A stretch of 64,000 bases of DNA from Epiperipatus broadwayi. Lineage: Eukaryota; Animalia; Onychophora. A model generated the notes under the pieces. The model was not told the origin of the DNA and did no database searches. It saw only the letters and a list, made by a program, of their open reading frames with translations. A program made the position numbers and the translations under genes. Of this stretch, positions 24,480 through 38,969 are shown in pieces (the first letter of the stretch is position 1; each line of letters starts with the position of its first letter). The stretch spans positions 4,836,001 to 4,900,000 of the forward strand of contig JAQFVV010000003.1 of assembly GCA_028023455.1 (NCBI GenBank), given 5' to 3'.

Positions 24480-27255
24480 TTATACATATTTTGTTATTGA
24501 TTCTATAGAGTTGTGTTGATTAATCTTAATTTTTCCAATGCTTCTTAGATGTCTTTAACAATGCATCCCAGGAAATAGCATGTTGGTATTCCAATATTTT
24601 TCTTTGTTATCTTTTCTCTGATTAGGATTGGTCTTCTAGTGTTCTGGCTTTCATTTTTTTCTTTCAGTATATGTCAGAATATTATTCAGATAAAGGAAGT
24701 ATAATCTAAATCACTCAATTTATTTCTTAATTTCTGGACATGTTTTCTGAGGTAGTGACACAATGTTTTCCTGAAGGTTTGTAATGATGGTATGTTAGAT
24801 GTGATAATATGTTGGACTATTTCCATCATCTATCAGTAAATGTTGAATGCATATAAAATTTTAAACATTATTAAAACTATTCAAATGCAAATGTGTTAGT
24901 AATAACACACAAATAGACAACACAGGTTATTGATTACACAATGTTTCAAGTAGTGTTATTCTCCACTCTTCTTCAATTGTTGCTAGCCTGATCAGTGATA
25001 ATATTAGCATAGTAGTCAAACTTATAGCTTTAGATTCTCAAATATCAAATTTTAAGTTAATGCTCTAGCCAACTGAACTATTCTGTCAAAGATAGAAATT
25101 TCATATATTTATATATGAGTGTTGGTTCATATCCTCCTGAGTCCTTCAATTTTTTTAACACTTTTTACTAAGAGCAAGGTTAATTAGAGGCTTCTATACA
25201 TTGTGTATTGCCACCATGAGTTGATTTATAGAATTATTTACTATTGTCATATGAACAGCGTCCTTGAATTTTCTTTGTACATTTTTTTCTCTATCCAATA
25301 TTTTTGTATTTTCCTAATTGAGTACATACATGGTCTGCTATTTTTTCTCTTTTAACCATTAGTTTGTATTGTTTTAATCACTGTTCAACATGTTAACAGA
25401 CATCACCAATATACTTCCATTCACATGGTATTTTATAGATGTATTTTTTTCTTTAGCATTTTCAGTTTAGGCTTGGTAGAAATTAGAATTCCTCAAAAGT
25501 ACAGTTTGGCTTTCGAAAGCTGTTCTAATTTTATATTCATGCAGATTTTCTTTAATTTGTCTACCATTCCTGGTATGTATGGATACCCTATGATACCAAT
25601 AATTGTTTTTTTTTTGATATTTCATGTAGTTACTATTAAAGGGTTTCTTGATGACAGCTGATAGATAACCATGATTCATGAGAGTATATTCTATGTGAAT
25701 CTTTTCATTTTCCAAATCACTGGTTTCTGTTCAAACTTCTTTTGCTCTGTTCCAAAATAATAGTATAATTCCATGTTTAATGCTTCTGATATGATTGGAT
25801 GGATATGTCAAGTATTTGCCAGTGTGCGATGGTTTCCTTTACACTGTTGTTTTTATTTTGTCCTGAGGGAGTCTTGTCATAAGAACATCTAAGAATGGCA
25901 ATTTTTGTTCTCACTCTGATTCTATTGGAAATTTAATTGGTAATATGTTGTTGATAGGCATTCAGAATAACTGTGTGTTTTGCTATGTGGCAATATCACA
26001 AATGTATCATCAACATAGTGAAGCCACACTTTAGGCAGACATATTGTAATATTTTTGGCTGTGGTTTCAAGTTCTTCCATGTAAATGTTGCTAAGCAAGG
26101 ATGACAATGGTGATCTGATTTGCCATTCCTTGATTTTGTTGGGAGAATTCTGAGTTATATTGAAAGTACATTGTTGTTATGCAGAACATTAACAATTCCA
26201 TTATAATTTTGGTAGGTAGAGTTCTAGTTTGTAGACTTATCATGTCTCATTTCATGGTACATTTGTAAATAGATTTTCCATATCAAAGATTACCAGTATG
26301 TCAGTTCCTTTCATTTTCATGTCTTAGCTGTTTTTCTAAAATGCCTAGAAGGCCTGATGATGGACTATGTCCTGTATGCCAATGGTCTAAGAACTCCTCA
26401 ACAAATTTTGACATGGCAAACTTCTACTATTAACAATAGGCCTTAGTAGAACATTACCTTTATGGATATTAGGTAGGCCATATAGGAGAGAAATCTTGCT
26501 GAAATATGACATTAATTTCCTTTTTTTCTGAATCAATGAAATACCTGTGATGCTTCTGTGAAAATGCTTGTAATTTTACATCTGTACTTGGAATTGGATT
26601 TTTTGCTATGTTTTTGTTATCATAATCAGTTTTATCCATTACAACTATAGTGTTATCTTTGTCAGAAAGAAGAATGACTATAGATGTATCATGTTTGAGA
26701 GATTTGGTAGCTTTCCTCCCATCACATGAAATGTTTGATTTCTGTTTCTGGTGTCTTTCAAGCGTACTTTTAACTATCCAGTCCAGAGACAATTTTTGGA
26801 TACCTTCCTCAGTGGCTGCCCTTATAAATAATCCCTTCCAATTTACATAAGAAAATTAAATGATTTTCTATTTTAGCAGTTTTAGACATAATATTTCATA
26901 ATGTCTAAACTTCAACATAGCATTGGCCCTATACCATATACTTAATATTTTCCTGAAGGTTTGTGACAATGGTATATTAGATGTGATAATATATTGGATT
27001 ATTTCCATTATCTATCAGTAGGTACTGGATATATAGAAAATTTTAAAATTAATTTCAATTATTCAAATACAAACAACTTGTTAGTAATAACAAACAAAAA
27101 GACAATAGGGGTTAGTACTTACACAACACTTCAGTAATATGATTCTCCACTCTTCTTCAGGTGTTACTAGTCTGATCTTGAATATTGAATTTGAAGGCAA
27201 CACTAACCAACTTAGCTATTCTCTTAAATGTAACAGATAGAAATTTTATATAGTT
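24480..27255 (-). mobile_element. Penelope-like element (Poseidon-type), decayed, with direct pseudo-LTRs
   Basis: IVILLSDKDNTIVVMDKTDYDNK (ORF 26469), SSLLSNIYMEELE..PKVWLHYVDDTFVI (ORF 25922) and GIY-YIG YKIPC..WKYIG near 25420. 26941-27250 is a direct repeat of 24761-25110 (tRNA-like + hammerhead-like). Confidence 0.85.
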
Positions 27256-27974
27256 ATTGTAGCCTTATAGTTGGGCATGATGTTCATCAACTTATATTTT
27301 ATCAATCTGTGAACTCAAATTTTTAAATTTTAATCAACTGTAACCTTAATTATTTAAACCTGTTATTTAAGTCAGTGGTGTGGACTAATGGCTATTAATT
27401 TTATTGGATGAGAATAGGGCAACTCAATAAATAAATCTCTCTAGGATAACAAATAATCAGACTGTTCAATATATATGTTAGCTTTCTGCCAGGTTGTGTG
27501 TGGGCAGGCTCACATATGATTTGGCAGATAAATTTAGTTTCAATATCTGTGATATAATAATCTAACATTATTTTAAATAAAACCATACAATTACTTTAAT
27601 TTGTTAAATAATAGTTTATAAATAAACTTAAGATTAGAATTATTTTACACTAAACAATATAATTAATCATTGAATATTTTTTTTTTTACTGTATTCTAAA
27701 ATATTAGTAAAGAGTTCAATTAATTATAATTAAGGTTAAAACGGTAGAGATTTGTTTTAGGCAAATATCTCTACTGGCAATAAAGAATCTGATTGGCTTA
27801 TTGATTTACTATCAGTCTTCGACTAAGAAGTTTATAAATTAGCTAGTAAAAACATGGAAGGGGAGATTATTTTTAAATAAACGTGGAGATCATTTCCGAC
27901 TGTCAAAGAAATCTATCTATTATTAAAGTGCACAGTTTGCTATACTTGCAACACAAATAAATATATATATATCG

Positions 27975-28125
27975 TTCCCTATGGTTAACTTTCCCCAATG
28001 AGGTATTGTTACACACTTACCATACTATACACATGTATAGTTCACTTTGGTTAACTCCCCCCCCCCCGATGAGATATTGCTACACATATAACACAATCTC
28101 TATATATAGTTCTCTTTGGTTCACT
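27975..28125. repeat. degenerate ~70-bp minisatellite (2-3 copies)
   Basis: Recurrent TAGTTC.CTTTGGTT.ACT.TCCCC..ATGAG.TATTG.TACACA. Confidence 0.5.
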
Positions 28126-31100
28126 TTCCCCAAAGCACTTTAAGACTGGCTGCTTTCAAGACGATTACCACTGGCATTGGTTTCCCAAATACTTTGACCC
28201 CAGATAAGTTCAGCTGCATGTGAACACATTTGGCTTTGTCATAGAGCCCTGCGACTGTCACTATGAGATTCTTTCAGTTGCAATTACTTCTGTCTCTCTG
28301 TAATTGTCTGCTTGGAAATCCATTGGAAAATTAATTCTTCACATCTAGCTGCTATTCAGACAGTTTCCTCCAAACCTGGTTTCCCAAACTCTTTGGGCCT
28401 GTTCAGCTGCTTCCTGTGAATACATTTTCACTGTAGAGAGCTGCACACTCACTGAAGTACTGCCACTTAACATTTCTCTGCAAAATGAACTGGAAAATGA
28501 ACATGCACTTTATTCATAAGTTATTCTAATTATAATTTTTTATCATATGATGGAATTAATCTTAGCTTTTAATTATAAAATTAATTATTTATTTCCATAT
28601 ATGGTAATGTTTTAGGTCTATGCAATTAATTAGTGCCCTAGGAATTCATTTTATATAAGATAATTTATAAAGTCTATTCTATGAATTAATTAGTCTCTTA
28701 TCAAGAAATATTTGTAATCAGCAAATATTTATTGGAATTTATTGATCGCAATTCATAAATTTAATCATTAATTAAATCTAACCCTTATCTATAAACGATC
28801 TAAAATATATTTCTATTTTTTCTGGAGTGCACAAAATGTCAATGCAAATATTTTTTTTTACAAAACATCATGTAAAGTATATAAATTATTTAAAATTTAT
28901 TGTCTGTAGTGAGAAGTATAAATTAGTTATTATTGTTAAGCTTGCAGTAAATTTTTAAATACCCTTCATCCACAAACAGATGCATTATAACCATCAACTG
29001 ATAATTTGGAAACTGGAGTTTACAGACAAGACCAAGGTTGAAGCAAAAAAATAGCTACCAAGGTTAAGTTAAACCATAAACAAGTCAAGAAATTCATAAG
29101 CATTGATTTTCATAAATTACCTTATAATTGTTTTATCTATAACAGCCGTAAAATACTTAACAAATGTTGCTAATATGAATTTGAAATTATGATAGAAAGT
29201 AGTTTTGAAATTTTCTCTAATAGGAGGAAATTATAAGCGAACTATATTAAAAGTTATATCGGATTTTAATTGTTAAATAATTCTCCTGTCACATGGATAA
29301 AATGTTTTTATTAAAATCTAATGCTGTTTTAAACTAGATGTATATGCCATTAATTTCTATTTATTGTTACAGAATATGCAGGAAATAATTAAATTATTTT
29401 ATGTTTAAAATTGGTAATAATAACAGCTCATATCAGTCTACAGCTTAATAATTATGAATGAATAAACTATTAACACTAGAGTTTTCATAAATACTTTTAC
29501 TGAAATTCTTAATTTTAAATGTCGTAAATTACCTTAAATTTACGGGGGAAACAGAATATGACTTTGCTTAACTGTAGTGGAATTGTTATAATTATTAAAT
29601 AAAATAATATTATTTGCCAATATTATTTCAATTCACCTTAATTCCCAATTGGTAACTCATTATATTAATAATATTCTGAATTTTAAAAGTACAATAGAAT
29701 ATTTATTGGATAGCTGGATTATACCTTAAAATTAAATAAATATAAAACAGTAATAATCCTTTTAAAATCAACATTCTTCTTTAGTGTTGCATTTTCTTCC
29801 AGTTTAAAAGTGTTAAAAGTTTTAAAAGGGAGAGATCGTAATTAGTTAATGATTTTGGCAGTTCCTCTACAATTAGTAATAATTGATCAATAAATGTTTA
29901 CTTGAAGCATCCAAAATATTATGATTCTAATAAATTCATTGAAAATGGATATTTACAAATATTTGTGATAATAAAATTTATAATAATGATATTATGGACG
30001 ATAATCTTCCATAGTAGCTATGTAATTGAAATTAAAAGCGAAAGTTGATGTCTCTCAATAATTCAATTGGTGTATACACAGGAAGGAAGAAATAGTTTAA
30101 CCAGGATGTTTATGAAGGAAAAATGCAGTGAGAGATGCAAAATAATTATGGTATTATTAAAAGAAAAACAAAGCACATTATAAGGTCTTCAAAATAATTC
30201 TGCAGTTTACATTGTAAAATTCAAGTCTTTCCTTTCTTCATAGAAGAAATATGAAGAAATTTTATTTAATAAATTTTTTTTTCTATTGTGTATTTTATTA
30301 TAGTCTTATGTGTATTTAATTATAGTCTTATGTGTATTTAATATGCATAGGTGTTCGGCAGTTGCTCATAAGGAAGGTAAAATCATTTAAGATAAAATTT
30401 TAAACTTTATTATGTCATTTTGTTTGTTATTTAGTTAGTAAAGTTGCCATTATCAAAAGAGCGTGGAAGGTAAAATTCAATTTTGATTGAATCTAGACAT
30501 ATTTAATATTTTATGTATTGTATTATGTGACCAATTACTACTGATAATTATTGCTTTCGAGTTGATAATTACTATTTTAATTTACACATATTATTTGCTG
30601 GGGTGTCCACACCTATGATGTAGATGTTGCTTATTTGTGCAATTTTATTGTTGCTGTGTTAGATAATCATGACATGATATGTGTTGTTATTCTTGTTATT
30701 TGTTTTTATATCCTGACATTTAATAAGCTGCACTTTTTTCTTTACTCTCTGTGAAAGTGTTGTCATTATTGTTGGTGAATTGCATAGATGCCCATGAACT
30801 TTTGATCTAATCAAGGCCTGTACTGTTACAAAGAATTTTGTGTGTTTTAAATAAAGGATTAACTGCCCCCTTTTCCTCATATCCCTATAGGTTTTCCAAA
30901 CAGTGGTACCTGGATATCAGACCATCAGGTGTCATGGAATCATCATGTTCTAGGTTACTTCTTATTTGCCTTGGCTCATCACTGTTGTACTTATGCATAT
31001 ATTGGATATGGTATTAAATTTCACCCCATTCTTGCTGGTTTAATATTTAGTAACAATAAAATCATTCTTGAGATGGTATGAATTAGATCTGTGAACCGTG

Positions 31101-33159
31101 TTAGAATTATCCAAATGATGATATCAAATAGTAATATCTCTGTTAAGTATTAATTTATGATACTATATTATTGTACCAGTTTATTATCAGTTCAAAGTGA
31201 TATCAAATGTACATACTGTGTATATTGTTTGTTATTCTTAGTTAAGTATTAGTAAACTAAGATTTTCAATCATGTTATAGAAAAATTTTGTAACAGGATA
31301 TTAGATAACCAAATGTCGAGTTATAGTGATACTGATTTATTTTAGGTAGATTTGAGTTATTTTACCAGTCCAAATCCTAGATAAATACAATTGGGAATCA
31401 TCTTCTTAATGTCATAAAATAAGCATAATTATCGATGTCTTAGGGAATATTCATCATATTAAAAGTATCTAGTATTAAGTAGTGTCAGCCTGCCATTTAT
31501 TAAATAGTATCCTTCTGATTATCATACTTACATATTTAATTTTGATATTGAAGTCTAATAAACCTATACATGGTAAACAAAATTTAATAAATTTATTATA
31601 AGCTAGAAAAATGTAAATTAAAGGATAAGTGTAAATAATGATGACACTGTAAAATGTAATGATGTATTATAATTTTGATTTTGAGTTAATGAAGTATCTT
31701 ATGTTAGTATTAGAGTCATGCTAATAATTTTTTTAAAAATTTCCTTTTGATGAATTTGATAAGCAATATATATATATTAAATATGTAAATATTAATTGTA
31801 ATAAAATTTGTTTTAAAATTAGTAAGTTGTCAGCTGTTACCATTGTCATAACTCAATATTATCAATTTTATTATATGTTCAGCATATCATTAATAAATTT
31901 TACTAAACTCTTATATTTGAAGTATATAAAATTTTACTATTGACTGATTAAAATACTGTGGGTATTATTCAGAGATGCTATTTTAAAATGATATCTTAAA
32001 AACAAAATATTTGATTTTAAATAGTAATAACATAATAAATTGTAAGAATACAATCATTCACTAAACTTAGTCATACCAATCAAAGAGGTCAAATTTAAAT
32101 TATCATTAGATGATGTTATTACATCCTATTATTATTGTTATATGTTTACATTATTATTGTGGATTTATTGAGTTATCAGAAAATTTAGAGTTTGTCTTTA
32201 TTATTACCAGTAAAGGAGTTACACATCCTTTAGTAATTCTTTTTATATAATATGATTTATTTTAATTTTCTATATTTGGATAACCATAAAATCCCTCTTG
32301 CTCATCATAAATTCTAAAATCATATGAACCCTGAGAAATTATTGAATAATAATTTTAAACTTTGATTTTGCTTGTTGGACTTATTTTTTAAGCCTTTATT
32401 CTTATCATTTTTATTAATTAATTAGAATCCCAAAGATTTGAACACTTTTCTTTGATTATTTAAACTTACCCTAGTTTTTGTTTTAGAAGCTTCAGATTAG
32501 TATTTCAGGATCTCATTTATCATCACCAACATTGTTGTAATAATTCATCCATCTCTTTATGTACTTTTAGTTTCATCATCATCTCATTTTATTACAGCAG
32601 CATAATTTATTCATCCTTCATTGATCACTATTTCATTGCAAAATTAACTATTCATTACCTTAACACATTCCCTTTCTCTGCTTCTCATTCTTAAATCTAT
32701 TCCTTGATCATTTACATTAGTTAATCATTATTTGCTCTTCATTACCATTTTTAATTTTCTACATCTTTATTTATTTGTTATTCATTTCATTCTGCTAATT
32801 TCATAATCATTTCTTAGACAGATATCTTCCTGATTATTAATCATCTCATATAATTGCAAGTTAAGCACATGTCTTTTAATATTATTATCTTTCATGTATT
32901 GAAAGTTAGCTTAATCCATATGCTTTATGTAAAGTTAGAATGTAAGGGATTTAGGGCTAATGTACTGTAACCTCTCCTATTCATGCTCTATTCATATTCT
33001 AATGCTCATGCTTATCATAGCCAGCCCACTTTGTTCTTATATTTATGTTTCTATATTTTATTTTACTTGTATTTATTATATGCCCTGTTCTCATGCTAAT
33101 GTGGCTAAACCAGGAGAACTATGGTCTATAGGGATTACATTATATATGACTGTTGGTTA

Positions 33160-35940
33160 AAATCTGCATAAGTTCTTCATTTTTGAATACTCTTTACTAA
33201 GAGCAAGGTTAAGTGTACCCTTTCACACCCACTGGGTTGAATTATTGGATTATTTGCTGCTGTTATATGAGCAACTTCCTTAAATTTTCTTCTTTGCATC
33301 TTTTCTTCTCTAACCAATATTTTTGTATTTTTTTAGTTGAACATATATATGGTCATATGGTACATACTTGGTCTGTTACTATATACACATCTTGTTTTTT
33401 TTCTTTTAATCATTAATTTGTGTTTTTTTTAATCGCAATTAAAACCCATTTCCTCTAAGAGAGCTGAGAAGATTATTCAGAAAGCAAATGAAGCCTTATT
33501 GAGAGAAAGAATAAATGTTCACTGGTTTTCCAGATATTAAACCTTGTGTTACATTAGAAATATGTAACATTTTCTAAAAAAATTAACTTACAGATGAAGA
33601 TTTTTCAAGAATTTGTCGAGCAGTGAAAAGATCATATTGTAAATTATATGGAAGGATAAAAGAACATCAGAAAAAGAAGCTTATTAATCTACATGGGCAA
33701 GTCAAAAGTCATACTGTAATTAGCAATTTATCAACCTCATGAGTGGAAAATCTTAGTTTTAAACATCTTGCTGATACTGAATTATCTGTTTTTGGAAAAA
33801 GTTTGTACTTCATCATTACACCATCTACTGCTCCATTAATGGATATTATGGTAGCCCCTGAGGAAGTTATCCAAAATTTGCCTCTGGAAGAAGCAGCAAA
33901 ATTATGTTGGAGAATTAAATGGACACCTGAGAGCCATTAAAAGCAGAAATCAAACATTTAATGTGATAAGATGAAAGCTATTACTCAAACAGGATGCATC
34001 TATAATTATTCTTCTGCTGACAATGGTAACACTGCAGTTGCAACAGATAAAACTGATCATGATAACAAAATACAAGGAGTTGTCACAGCGAGCCAATACA
34101 AAAATGTCACAAAAATCTAATTCCACGTACAGAGGTAAAATTACAAGCATTACTTCAGAAGCATCACAGGTATTTCAGTGATTCAGAAAAAAGGAAATTA
34201 ACTTCATAATTTAGGAAGATTCCTCACCTATATGGACTATCTAAAATTCAATGTTTTATTAAGGCTTATTATTAGTTCTAGAAATTCACCATATCAAAAT
34301 TTGTCAATATTTCTTTTCAAAGTTCTTAGTCCATTGGCATACAGGACACAGTCCTCCAGCAGGCATTCTAGGTACTTTATAGAATTAGTTAGGGACATGA
34401 AAATGAAAAGAACTGACATATTGGTAAACTTTGATGTGGAAAGTCAATTTACAAATGTACTTTGTGATGAGGCATTATCTATTTTAAGAAAAAGTTGATG
34501 ATAATAGTCTACAAACTAGAACATCTCTACCTATTGACAGTGTTATGGATTTATTAATGTTATGCTTAACAACAATATACTTTCAATATAACTCAGAATT
34601 CTTCCAAAAAAATCAAGAGATGATCATGGGATCACTACTATCATCCTTGCTTAGCAACATTTATATAGGAGACATCCATGTAAAGTGTGTTTTTTCTATG
34701 TTGATACATTTGTGGTATTGTCACATGGTGAGACACAATTACAGTCATTGTGAATGCATATTAATGACATATCTCCAATTAAATTCACAATGGATCAGAA
34801 CAAGAACAGAATTTGATATTCTTAGATGTTCTTGTGATAAGACCCCCTCAGAATAAGGTAAAAATGTCAGTGTATAGGAAACCAAAACACATTAGCAAGT
34901 ACTTGATATATACATTCAATCTTACCAGAAGCACTAAATGTGGAATTATATTATCACTATGGAACAGAGCAAAAGAAGTTTGATTGGAAACCAGTGATTT
35001 GAAACATGAAAAGATTTACATAGAACAAACTCTCATGAAGAATGGTTATCCATCATCTATCAACAAAAACATTTAATAGGCAACAAAGCAAGATACCAAA
35101 AGGAAAAATAATTATTGGTACTGTAGTGTATCAATACTTAGTAGGCATGGAAGACAAGTTAAAGAAAATCTGCAGTCAAGATAATATTAGAAGAGCTTTC
35201 TAAAGCCATACAAGACTTTGAATAATTCTAAATTCTATCAAGCCTAAACTGGAAATGTAGAAAAAAGATGCTTCTATGAAATACCATGTGAATGTGAATG
35301 GAAATATGTTGGTGAGACCTATCAACCTCTTGAACAACTATTAAAAGAACACAAACTAATGTTTAAAAGGGAAAAGCAGATATGTCTACAGGTATGTACT
35401 ATATGTCCAATTGGGAAAATATAAAAAATATTGGATTGAAAAGAGAAGGTACAAAGAAGAAAATTCAAGCAAGCTGCTCATATGACAATGGCAAATAATC
35501 CTATAAGTCAACCCATTGTAGCAATATACAATGTATGGAAGCCTCTAATTATCCTTGCTCTTATTAAAAAGTATTAAAAAAAAAAGAACTCTGGAGAATT
35601 TGAACCAAACCTCTTGTATATGAAATTTCTATTATCTGTTGCTTTTGATGGAATGGCTTAGTTGGTTAGCGCATTTAAAATACAATATTTGATAAACTAA
35701 AGGTGTAAATTTGACTCCTATGCTAACATTGTCACTGGCAGCAACACCTGAAGAAAAGTCGAGAATAATAATACTTAAAACATTGCATAATTACTAAACT
35801 GTGTTGTCTATTTGTGTGTTATTACTAACAAGTTGTTTGTATTTGAATAGTTTAAACAAAGTTAAATTTTTTTATACATTCAACATTTACTGATAGATGA
35901 TGGAAATAGTCCAACATATTATCACAGTAACACAATATGA
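33160..35940 (+). mobile_element. Penelope-like element (same family as 24.5-27.3 kb), decayed, with an inverted 3' segment at its 5' end
   Basis: NLSFKHLADTELSVFGKSLYF..TP (33743), NFDVESQFTNV (34232), MGSLLSSLLSNIY (34545) and YEIPCECEWKYVGET (~35275). pLTR at 35590-35940. 33160-33445 is a reverse-complement copy of ~35330-35590. Confidence 0.85.
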
Positions 35941-36729
35941 TAATATTTTTATAAGTAAATCAAATGAGTATCAACAATAAGAATTTAAGTTGCTTCTTTA
36001 TCCACAATTATCCAGTGAAAGCTGATTTTAAATCTAGATTTTTGAAGAGACTGTTTTTATAAAAACTCTATCATAATAAAGACAATACTTCTTTTATAAT
36101 AATTTATTGACATATGTGAATTATTACAAATTTATATATTTCCAATTGCATGATATTAGAAATTATTGCATGGATTCATTTTATGATATCAATTAGTGAC
36201 AAAAGTTGAAACTCTTTTTGTTCAACTAATTGCATAAACCGTAGACTTGGAATTCAGTATTGCCACAGGATTGGTTACTACTGATTGAGAATTAGAAAAA
36301 ATATAATAATTTGTTTGCTATTTTTTATTTACATATTTGTGTGAATATAAATGTTTTGATGTGATATATTAATTTAAGATGATAATTTCACACTATTATT
36401 TTCAAGGCTTTTAAAAAAATATATAAATTTTTATTCAAAATATTGAGAGTGATAAACATCAAAAAGGAAAAAAAGCACAAAAAATACTGAAGTTGTCATT
36501 TTAAACAATATATTATCAATATATATATATGTATGTGTGTATATATATATAAGTTTCATATTTGGATATATATATTGTAAGTGTAGTTTACGATCCAATC
36601 TTTGTTCACTCTCATCACCAAATCAAACTCATTAAGCATGTATCTTCATTATGGAGTAAATAAATCCATATATATATATATAATATAAATAAAATGTCCG
36701 TTAAGTAAACAAAATTGTAATTATAATAA

Positions 36730-38910
36730 AAATAATAAATTTAACAATAACAAACTATTATAAACAATCCTTAAATCCACATAAGTACTTTCGGTTAATT
36801 TCTTAAACCTGCCTCAACTGCCATTAAATTAAAAAAACAAAAAAACAAAAACAAAGTGGAAGCAACTCATCAATTCAAATCCCACAAATTTGGTATTTTA
36901 ATGTTAGCAGCTTGTCTATTTATTAAATACATTTTATTCCTATTTATAAAAATTGCCTCCTTAATTTTTCTTTTATTATGATTTCTCTCTTCATGAAGAA
37001 TTTTCAAAATCTAATTTAAATTTATATTTACATGTTTTTTCATGATCAAAGAAAACTGAAGGAGACCTTAAATCACTATTATTTTTACTTTTTACACACA
37101 TAACAATTCATGCTCTCTCAATCTCTTCTCAATACTGCACCTAGATTCACCTATATATGATAGCATACAATCACAAAAAAATTGATATATGACATTACTT
37201 TTCTGCTTGACAGGTATGGCATTCTTAGAATTATTGACTAATTTATTAATATTGTTTGGAACATAGAATGAAACATTAAACACATTCTTATATAAATCCT
37301 TAAAAAAAATTTCACTTGTGGATTTGAAATAAATGGAATAGATATCCATTGTATACTATTACTCTTTATTTCCTTTAAATCATTATAACTTTTTGTAAAT
37401 TGACATAAAGTATTGTTTATTTGTTCCATTTTATAACCAACATCAAACATTCCTTGGCAAATATCTCAATATTTTTCAGTTTATCACTTTGGTAATAACA
37501 TAATTTTTCATCACGAAACAAAAAAGATCTAAAACTTGCCATCTTATGCATAATTGGCACTTTTGATTTACAATTTATATATCCCCTTTTTTGCAGTGGT
37601 AATTTAATATACTGTTATCTTTTGTAATAGTTAAATCTAAATATTTAATATTTTTGTCTTGCTCCTTTTCAATAGTCCATTTCAAGCCATTCAACTTATT
37701 AAATTCCTCTACAAGCAAATTTATAGTATTAGTATTTCCACAAACAAAGACATCATCTACATGTCTTTTGTAAATTTTAATATCTCCAAAAGTACACATA
37801 TTTAAAATACTACTATCATATGTAGATAAAACAAAATTGCAAACTTGTGCAACTACAGACAGACCCATAGGCCAACCTTTAGACATTTTATAATATTGAC
37901 CTTCAAAAGATGCAACAATGTTATCATTAAAATTTTTTAAAGAATCAACAATAAACTTTATCATATATTTACAAATACTTTTACTTTTTAATGTATGTTC
38001 AATTATTTTTATGGAATTCATTCTTTCAATAGATCCATACATTTCTGTTACATCCAATGAAGCAATAACATTATTCTCATCAATCATCAAATTTTTAATA
38101 CTATTTACAAAGTCAAACGATGAAGCAATAGTATTTTCCCCAAATCCTAAAAAGTCTTGTAAAAGCTTACCAATATATTTAGAAGTCTGATACATGAATG
38201 AACCACCAAAATCTGTCGTAACTCACAAAGGATTACTTTATATAATTTTATATTTGCAAAAATACGAGGACATACAGCACAAGAAGGATATATCATATAG
38301 TATGCATTATTACTTAAAGCTTTATTTTTAGTACTTTTTAAAATATTGTTAATAAATTTTATTCTTTGACCATTCATATTATATTCTTCAATAAAAAAGA
38401 AATCAAGTTTTTCCATTTGCAGTTTAATTTTATCAATATATTGACATTTTGTCATTAAACAAATATGCAGCCCTTTGTCTTTCAAACAAATCATATTATC
38501 ATTTTTCAATCTCCGTTTAAATTCTAACATAGCCAATTCCCATGATTTATCATAAGGCATTGTATTAAATTTATTACAATTAATTTTTTTAATAATATCA
38601 TCAATAAAATGATAATTACATGGAATCATTTCAAATGAATTTTGAACAGCTGCAATTAGTTCCAAATTATAATCATTCTAATTACTACCTACGTATTTAG
38701 GTCTTTGACTTAAAACATATTTCTGAATCAAATGTATCTTATTATTGATAAATTAATAAAGTTTAACTTATTATAAGCTTGTGAATACCACTTATTAAAT
38801 AAAAAATCAATTTTTTTCTCAAATTTATTAAATAATTTAATTTCAATTTAAATCCATTTTCATAAACAATTTTATATTTGTTCCAAGCACACCATTCATT
38901 TAAAATTATT
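36730..38910 (-). pseudogene. inverted, frameshifted copy of the PLE ORF at 38970-41055
   Basis: ORFs 38147-38665, 37575-38195, 37238-37450 and 37092-37349 are consecutive frameshifted pieces of the same protein. Confidence 0.9.
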
Positions 38911-38969
38911 AAAAAGTGTCAAAAGAAATTTTATGATATTCGAAAATATTTGAAAGCAATTGAACATTT

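Noticed and set aside
28175-28450. hAT-TIR-like GGTTTCCCAAA motifs repeated twice (similar motif at ~30890)
   Set aside because: No matching opposite end or TSD found; the element cannot be delimited.
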